Virus record (IMG/VR): IMGVR_UViG_3300043399_000877
Coordinates: 186,001 to 250,000 of that record
Strand: one strand, 5' to 3'
DNA length: 64,000 bases
Shown here: positions 57,917 through 64,000 of the stretch, piece after piece
Numbering within the stretch: position 1 is the first letter of the stretch
How the letters are laid out: every line of letters begins with the position of its first letter
The notes under the pieces: generated by a model
Seen by the model: the letters and a program-made list of their open reading frames with translations, nothing else
Databases searched by the model: none
Told to the model about the DNA's origin: nothing
Program-made: the position numbers and the translations under genes

Positions 57917-59104
57917 TTTTTTAAAAAAATATTTTGGTATGTTTTTTATGTGTCGACGGTTATGCAATAGGATGTCATTCATTTCAAAAAGAATTTTTTC
58001 TAAATCTTCTAGGTCATGCGACAAAATTTTTTGAATTAAACTATAAACCATGGCAAATCTTATGTTATGTTTTTTTTCGTCGTCATATGATTCGTCCCAC
58101 CATTTATCAAAGGTTTTAAATCCCATATGTTTGAGAAGGGCTAAGGTGTGTGGTGGGCCGAGAATTATAAACGGTCTGTTAACCATCATAGGTTTCAATG
58201 TTTTTTCACTTATGTATTGGATTGGCGTGCAAAATCTAGTTTCAGTTACTAAATTTACAAAACTGCGTTCAGTTAAGTTGTATATAGAATTGATATTTTG
58301 TGTTAATCCATTTAGATTTGTTCTAAGATTGTGCTGTTTAACAATGGAGCCATCGTCATCTACAAAAGTTATTGGTTCTGAATCATACTTTTTTATTTGA
58401 TCCAACAAATTAGATTTAAATGGATCTTTATATTTGTTAAAATTAATATAAGGATTTTTAAGAATAGCCGAATACTTATATTTGTTTGAATTAGTCAAAA
58501 ACACTCCGGCTTTATCAAATAACAGTGCAGACATCAGGTGTCGTTGCCAATCTCTTCTATGATTAAAACAAGTTACTTTATAGTCTAATGGAAGTTTTTG
58601 TACATAATTTTCATTTTTTTTAAAATAAACCCAATCATTTAAGTAAACATCGAAATAATTAATTTTATATTTAAATTTTTTAAGAAGTTTTTTTGGTATT
58701 CTCTCGCAGTGAAAAATTTTAAAATCTGATATTTTTGTTTGATTTAAAATGATTTCAATTAATCCTAATTCTAAAAAAATAGTATTCTCAAAATCTTTTT
58801 CTATAGTATGAGTATCCATTAAGTTTACAGACTGATCTGTTTTATGCCGTATTCTAAATACATCATCTATAAAAAAGTAAATTTTAGTTATATTGGATTG
58901 CACGAGCTCGTCTATAACATGCTGATAATATTTGTATTCTTGATTTAAGATTAAAATTGCAGATTGATGATTGCTATTAATTGATAATGATTTTTTTAAA
59001 TCTCTTATTAGTTTGTTGTTGTATACAATTGGTTTTTTATCTTTTTTTCCTGAATGGTATGTGAATCTTTTATTGTGGGTGATTAATACCATGTTTGGAA
59101 ACAT
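57905..59104 (-). CDS. Putative GT-B glycosyltransferase (ET.F..SEK..KP family)
   Basis: NLVTETRF...ISEKTLKPM..RPFIILG...GFKTFDKWWDESYD. Confidence 0.55.
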   Translation of the reverse strand: MFPNMVLITHNKRFTYHSGKKDKKPIVYNNKLIRDLKKSLSINSNHQSAILILNQEYKYYQHVIDELVQSNITKIYFFIDDVFRIRHKTDQSVNLMDTHTIEKDFENTIFLELGLIEIILNQTKISDFKIFHCERIPKKLLKKFKYKINYFDVYLNDWVYFKKNENYVQKLPLDYKVTCFNHRRDWQRHLMSALLFDKAGVFLTNSNKYKYSAILKNPYINFNKYKDPFKSNLLDQIKKYDSEPITFVDDDGSIVKQHNLRTNLNGLTQNINSIYNLTERSFVNLVTETRFCTPIQYISEKTLKPMMVNRPFIILGPPHTLALLKHMGFKTFDKWWDESYDDEKKHNIRFAMVYSLIQKILSHDLEDLEKILFEMNDILLHNRRHIKNIPKYFFKKLVI

Positions 59105-59652
59105 TATAGAATTCCTGTTATTTGCAATGTATAACGGTTATGTGGTCCTAGGTTAGCAGCCATATGTGGTACGTCGTAATTCCAGAGTACATAGTCGCCA
59201 GATTTATAGTTATATATTGGCACACCGTCTATTTCAAATATATGCCCCGGCTGCCAATCTTCTAAAAATACCAGAGCTCGATAAATCTTACTTGCATCTT
59301 CTATTTTATTATATTTTATAAATTTTACATATGCATCTTTATGATATGGTAATATTGTTCCCGGCTTCATTCTATAAAAACTACTACCAGATTTTTGCAA
59401 TCCCACTTCTTTAACAATTTGTGCAGTCCATTCTGGTTGAATTCCACGATAATCTACCATTTCGCCAGTGTCGTATATTTTACCATATACGCGATTCCAT
59501 TCTTCAACAGCAGCTGGGTCGTTAAATGGTTCTTTGATATATGACAACTTTTTAAAACTATCATCGATAATATCTGGTTTGATTTTTCCCAGTTTCCAAA
59601 CGGTCTTCTCAATAATTAACATTATTCTCTCTCCAAGTCCAAAGTTACACAA
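59104..59652 (-). CDS. 2-oxoglutarate/Fe(II) oxygenase-like protein (cupin fold)
   Basis: M.PG..LPYHKD (HxD), distal H in VPHMAAN and RYTLQITG; the true start may be about 59616. Confidence 0.75.
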   Translation of the reverse strand: MCNFGLGERIMLIIEKTVWKLGKIKPDIIDDSFKKLSYIKEPFNDPAAVEEWNRVYGKIYDTGEMVDYRGIQPEWTAQIVKEVGLQKSGSSFYRMKPGTILPYHKDAYVKFIKYNKIEDASKIYRALVFLEDWQPGHIFEIDGVPIYNYKSGDYVLWNYDVPHMAANLGPHNRYTLQITGIL

Positions 59653-60536
59653 TGATGCCCTCCCCCGAGAGTTCTACTGTGCCTAAGATTTATACCGATA
59701 CTTTCTACATTATATTTTTCCAGTTTTTTTCTTAATATATTTTGATTTGGGTCGCAAATTATTAAATTTGAATTAACAGTCAAAAAATTAAGTGCGATAT
59801 ATTTACTTGCATATGGATATCCAACAAAACCCTGTGGAATTATGTCATCTCCTGACATCCAAATAATATCCCAATTTTCAAAAACCTGTGGTAAATTCTT
59901 TTCCGATATTCGATCTTGATTTATTACTACTAAACCTTCGCGTATGGGAGATATAGTGCTATCGATGTGTACCCCGCTGTATATATTGTCTAATATATGA
60001 ACCTTGTATGAATCCCCAAGCGTTTCTTGAAGCCATTCCCCGCCTGTACGGTTTCCACTGCTACTTACCAAATACAGCAGATCTTTTCCAAGTCTGCATA
60101 CGTTAGCTGCGTCAAAAAAAGCATTTTGGTTATCGCAAGACACTGTTTTGGGTAAAAACTTTTTTAGTGCGTCTATTTCTGGCAATCTTGTGGGATAAAC
60201 CATTGGGGCATCTATAGCAACATCACCCACTATTAGTACACGATCTCTTGGGCAGTAGTTGTACATCCCATCAAAGTTTTTAAAATCTAAAATTTCTGGT
60301 CTTACAACATTTACACCTAGCTTTTCTAGTGTATTTGTTAAATTTTCTAAATCTTCATTTGCTTCTGAAATTATAAATTCTGATACCGGGCCAGCCGGCA
60401 GCGGGGTCTCCTGCCACAAGGAAGTTTTTTCTAAAGACCTAAATTTTTCGCAGTTAACTGGCCAATGTGCGTTTGTTGCACTCCCGACTACTATTTTTTT
60501 TAAAACGCCCCATTCGTTTTGAGAATATATCATCAA
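59622..60536 (-). CDS. Amidinotransferase (glycine / inosamine-phosphate amidinotransferase family)
   Basis: NEWG.LK..VVG, YCPRD, FDAAN (Asp), HIDST (His) and GGGHHCVTLD (Cys) catalytic motifs. Confidence 0.9.
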   Translation of the reverse strand: MMIYSQNEWGVLKKIVVGSATNAHWPVNCEKFRSLEKTSLWQETPLPAGPVSEFIISEANEDLENLTNTLEKLGVNVVRPEILDFKNFDGMYNYCPRDRVLIVGDVAIDAPMVYPTRLPEIDALKKFLPKTVSCDNQNAFFDAANVCRLGKDLLYLVSSSGNRTGGEWLQETLGDSYKVHILDNIYSGVHIDSTISPIREGLVVINQDRISEKNLPQVFENWDIIWMSGDDIIPQGFVGYPYASKYIALNFLTVNSNLIICDPNQNILRKKLEKYNVESIGINLRHSRTLGGGHHCVTLDLERE

Positions 60537-60590
60537 TTACCTTTTTATAAAATGATACAAAATGTATAATTATTTTCAATAAATATTGAC

Positions 60591-61565
60591 ATGATTGTAA
60601 ATGGATCACATCTTATAGGTTATTTATCAGACAAATTTACTGTATTTGATCTCTATGGTTATGACTTGTCGGTCTTTGACATTGACTCTATTAAACAAAA
60701 TAGCGTTGTATACGTAGATGATGAAATGATGTGTTTTAATCGTATGTTGCGCGTGTTTTTAAATTTAATAAAAGATAGAGATGACATAGTTTGGGTAGTC
60801 AAAATACCTTTTGTGTATGAAAAAATTATTAGTCTCGGTAAACGTGCAGTATTAGAACCTTATTTTCATATTATAGATGACCTCATGGGAATGAAAATTC
60901 AAAATGAACCTAGGGTAATTCCCATATACGGAGATAAAACATTTTTTTGTTTGAACAGAAATTTCAACGATCAACGACAAACATTATTAAAACAATTAAA
61001 AAAACATGATTTAATAAAATTTGGATATGTAACAGCAAACTCTGAAAGATTTAAAGATAGACATTTATTCGTGTGTGATCCCATGGATAACTATGTTGCG
61101 TCCACGTCTGGCTACGAGCGATGTAATGAAACAGACCTAATCTCATTAAATGTTAAAAATTTTTATAATATAGCAGCTAAACCAGGACAAATAGCAGTGG
61201 TTGTTGAGACCGGTTATTACCCATTGGAATACAAAAGGTTTTTCCCTACAGAAAAAACAATAATTCCGTTTATAACACACCGATTGCCTTTGATACACGG
61301 TGACTCCGGCATCCTTCGTAATTTAGAAAAGGATGGTATCGACATATTTAGAGATTTAATTAACCACTCCTATGATTTAATGGAATACCACGATCCCAAA
61401 AAGTCTAAAAAAATGATCAAAGATAACATTGAAATATTAAAAAACGGAGTTAACATACAAAAATTACAAAAACGATTAAAAAGAAATTATGATTTTTTAA
61501 CAAATCAGTGGTTTGAAGTCAAGTTGCAAAACTTTATAACTAATATTTCACAAAATCTCGATTAA
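60591..61565 (+). CDS. Putative GT-B glycosyltransferase (ET...TEK family), divergent
   Basis: CLNRN....R..L, VVETGY...FPTEKTIIPF and DIF.DLINHSYD motifs; TAAATA at 60580-60585 just before the ATG. Confidence 0.5.
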   Translation: MIVNGSHLIGYLSDKFTVFDLYGYDLSVFDIDSIKQNSVVYVDDEMMCFNRMLRVFLNLIKDRDDIVWVVKIPFVYEKIISLGKRAVLEPYFHIIDDLMGMKIQNEPRVIPIYGDKTFFCLNRNFNDQRQTLLKQLKKHDLIKFGYVTANSERFKDRHLFVCDPMDNYVASTSGYERCNETDLISLNVKNFYNIAAKPGQIAVVVETGYYPLEYKRFFPTEKTIIPFITHRLPLIHGDSGILRNLEKDGIDIFRDLINHSYDLMEYHDPKKSKKMIKDNIEILKNGVNIQKLQKRLKRNYDFLTNQWFEVKLQNFITNISQNLD

Positions 61566-62168
61566 TCTGCAATCAGGATATATTACTTTTTTTGATTGAA
61601 ACTTTCCGGTTTTTTTGTATCGTTTTAATGCCCTAGAGCCCCTGACACACTCTTCTGGATTTAGCTTATAATGATAACCCAACGTAAAACTTTTTTGATT
61701 TTGCCAAGGGAGTATGCTTAAATCTCGCCCGTCATATCTTAATTTTGACAAAACACAATAGTCATCGTACGAGTCAGTTAATATAGCACCACCACGGCCA
61801 ATATCAACTGGTTTTCCGTATCCAAAACTCAAGCATTGTAATTGGCCAGCCTTATACATATTTGGTTCAAGTTTTCTTGCACTATCCCAAATTCTGGTAT
61901 TATAAAACTGATACTCGCCAACCCATTCTTCGTCTATCAAATTATATGATATTTTTAGTTTATGCATAAGTTGGGGTATGCTTAAATATGTATATGCTGT
62001 AAAATGACAATCTTTTATGTTATCAAGTATCATACACAATTCTATTGCGTGAGTACAGCAATCGGTTGATACGGCATATTTTGCACCAGAAAACTCAGCA
62101 AGTTCATCTTCAAATTTTTTAATTTTTTCAAACATACCATATTTAATACCATAAAATAACACAGTCAT
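61548..62168 (-). CDS. Truncated DegT/DnrJ/EryC1/StrS-family PLP aminotransferase
   Basis: FE.ELAEFSGAKYAV..D.CT.AI, WDSAR and LSFGYGK...GRGGAILTD (Schiff-base Lys); only about 200 aa; real start probably at MFEKIKK. Confidence 0.8.
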   Translation of the reverse strand: MTVLFYGIKYGMFEKIKKFEDELAEFSGAKYAVSTDCCTHAIELCMILDNIKDCHFTAYTYLSIPQLMHKLKISYNLIDEEWVGEYQFYNTRIWDSARKLEPNMYKAGQLQCLSFGYGKPVDIGRGGAILTDSYDDYCVLSKLRYDGRDLSILPWQNQKSFTLGYHYKLNPEECVRGSRALKRYKKTGKFQSKKVIYPDCRLIEIL

Positions 62169-62174
62169 AAATAA

Positions 62175-63419
62175 ATGAAAAGGATTTTACACATGGATAT
62201 AGGGTTTATAGGTCTTGGAAAATTAGGCAAGGCCTGTGCAGAAGTTATTGCAAAAAAAGGATATAATGTAGCTGGTTATGATATAGCGCCGGTTACTAGC
62301 GAAGTTGTGGCAGTAAAAAACACCATTAAAGACTGTGTGACTGACCGCGATATAGTATTTGTTGCAGTACCTACACCACATAGTCCAGAATACGATGGTA
62401 GATATCCTACAATGCATTTGCCGCCTAAAGATTTTGATTATTCTATTGTAAAGTCGGTGATAACAGAAGCCACCAGTCACATGAATAAAAATCAAATACT
62501 GGTGTTAATATCAACAGTGCTTCCCGGAACAGTTCGTAGAGAATTTCAACAATTAGTAAAAAATGTAAAATTCGTGTACAACCCATATTTAATTGCAATG
62601 GGGTCTGTCGAGTGGGACATGGTAAATCCAGAGATGGTTATTATTGGAACTGACCACGGGTCGATTACTGATGAAGCTGCGGATCTTATTGATTTTTACA
62701 AAAATATTATGGAAAATGACCCGAAGTACCATGTTGGGACCTGGGACGAAGCAGAATGTATAAAGATTTTTTATAATACATGGATTAGCACTAAAATCGG
62801 GCTTTCTAATATGATAATGGATGTATCAGAAAGACTTGGAAATATAAATGTAGATATAGTAACAACTGCACTGTCACAAGCATCAATGCGCATTACTGGC
62901 CCGCAGTACATGAAAGCTGGTATGGGCGACGGCGGCGCATGTCATCCACGTGACAACATTGCATTGCGTTATTTGGCAAAAGAGCTTGATTTAAAGTACG
63001 ATCTTTTTGACGCCATTATGGGCGCCAGAGAACAACAAGCGTTTAATTTAGCAAATGAGTTAGTAACACACTCACAAAAAAATGGCTATCCAATTTATAT
63101 TCATGGTAAAGCATATAAGCCAAAAGTTTCATATGAAGATGGTAGTTACAGTATTTTGATTGGTGAATATTGTAAAAAATTAGGTGTTGAGCCCAGCTAT
63201 ATTGATCCGTTGACTGGTGACAACAACGTTCCTGTTGGTCCCTGTGTTATTCTGTTGGCCCATTCGCCAAGCACTACCTACAAATATACTAGACAAAACA
63301 ATACTGATGTGTTATATTGTGAAATACCCGATGGCAGTATCGTAGTTGATCCATGGAGATCTTATTATAATGATAGCTGCACAGTTATTCATTATGGAAA
63401 CACTCGAAAAGATGTATGA
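62175..63419 (+). CDS. ugd: UDP-glucose/GDP-mannose dehydrogenase family protein
   Basis: GFIGLGKLG Rossmann motif, VFVAVPTP, ISTV.PGT, K..YN...STKI and GMGDGGACHPRD (catalytic Cys). The start is probably ATG 62193, since late promoter 62168-62173 and SD AAGGA precede it. Confidence 0.9.
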   Translation: MKRILHMDIGFIGLGKLGKACAEVIAKKGYNVAGYDIAPVTSEVVAVKNTIKDCVTDRDIVFVAVPTPHSPEYDGRYPTMHLPPKDFDYSIVKSVITEATSHMNKNQILVLISTVLPGTVRREFQQLVKNVKFVYNPYLIAMGSVEWDMVNPEMVIIGTDHGSITDEAADLIDFYKNIMENDPKYHVGTWDEAECIKIFYNTWISTKIGLSNMIMDVSERLGNINVDIVTTALSQASMRITGPQYMKAGMGDGGACHPRDNIALRYLAKELDLKYDLFDAIMGAREQQAFNLANELVTHSQKNGYPIYIHGKAYKPKVSYEDGSYSILIGEYCKKLGVEPSYIDPLTGDNNVPVGPCVILLAHSPSTTYKYTRQNNTDVLYCEIPDGSIVVDPWRSYYNDSCTVIHYGNTRKDV

Positions 63420-64000
63420 TATTTTTTATGTAAGTGAACACGCTCCTTCAGAAGAATACCGTAAGTTAAAACAACGATTCCCTTTTACAAAACTTGTAGC
63501 ATCGTTTGATGATGCAAGGCAACAGTCACTTACTGACTTTTTTTGGGTAGTATGGGACGACTTGATCCCTCTTGAAACTTTTAACTTTGACTACGCCCCA
63601 GATGAGTGGAGCAAGAATTATATTCACTTATTTTTAAATTCGGAACATTATGATGGTATTTCGTTAATTCCAAAACATGCGCAAATAACCAATAAAGAAA
63701 TACAGCATAGATTTTTTATAAATCATAAAAAGGTTGAAATAATTGCAAGTATGCCCAAACCTTTTGACGTGTTTGTAATTGAAGACTACTCAGAGTACGA
63801 ACTTGCTTTTGAAACAACTACGACAGAAATGTTTTGGATGGTTAGTAATAACTTAACATATGACCATCAATTTGTTGAATCTTTCTATATAAGTCATCAC
63901 AACAGGTATGATAGAAATGAAAACCATGCCTTTGTACACGAAGCAAACGAGCAACGATTATACAATGGTATTTTTTTATTATCAAAGAATAAAAAAATAA
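63412..64000 (+). CDS. Glycosyltransferase-like protein (paralogue of 54266), truncated by the window edge
   Basis: Not in the ORF track. Hand translation of the 5' part: MYDIFYVSEHAPSEEYRKLKQRFPFTKLVASFDDARQQSLTDFFWVVWDD...; ATG overlaps the ugd stop. Confidence 0.7.
   Translation, partial: MYDIFYVSEHAPSEEYRKLKQRFPFTKLVASFDDARQQSLTDFFWVVWDDLIPLETFNFDYAPDEWSKNYIHLFLNSEHYDGISLIPKHAQITNKEIQHRFFINHKKVEIIASMPKPFDVFVIEDYSEYELAFETTTTEMFWMVSNNLTYDHQFVESFYISHHNRYDRNENHAFVHEANEQRLYNGIFLLSKNKKI

Noticed and set aside
28146-59686. Many 60-150 aa antisense ORFs inside gp6, the giant protein, fibre and glycan genes
   Set aside because: They lie fully within long, motif-bearing genes on the other strand and have no SD, promoter or recognisable motifs.
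1-64000. Stop-codon reassignment, introns or inteins, CRISPR arrays, diversity-generating retroelement
   Set aside because: Core genes (gp20, gp21, gp23, gp46, gp47, gp6) are intact and of normal length in the standard code. I saw no repeat-spacer array, reverse transcriptase or template/variable repeat pair by eye; a self-dot-plot would be the decisive check.

Overview
This is a 64-kb slice of a large T4-like (jumbo-myovirus type) dsDNA phage genome in the standard genetic code. I saw no tRNA, rRNA, CRISPR array, integrase, intron or intein. From left to right it holds: (i) a minus-strand head module (portal gp20, acidic core, protease gp21, scaffold, major capsid gp23) with small accessory genes; (ii) a tape-measure-like gene facing away from a gp26-like/gp51-like pair that appears to be joined by a -1 ribosomal frameshift; (iii) a ~600-nt non-coding block with a DNA hairpin cluster and a large, probably pseudoknotted RNA; (iv) a Holliday-junction resolvase, gp46/gp47 and a gp55-like late sigma factor; (v) a plus-strand baseplate/tail module (gp53-like, hub, a gp5 with two lysin domains, a CHAP-like protein lacking its catalytic Cys, gp25, gp6, a 4522-aa giant protein, tail-fibre paralogues); (vi) an AT-rich glycan-modification cassette (several glycosyltransferase-like genes, radical SAM, 2OG-Fe oxygenase, amidinotransferase, truncated DegT aminotransferase, UDP-sugar dehydrogenase). 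Two promoter classes recur: TTGAC(A/T)-N16/17-TATATT and late TAAATA. The best leads are the large ncRNA at 14154-14625, the amidino/amino-sugar pathway next to the tail genes, the frameshift at 13195-13201 and the structured RNA behind the DIP1984-like gene. All family names come from motif recognition by eye, not from database searches.
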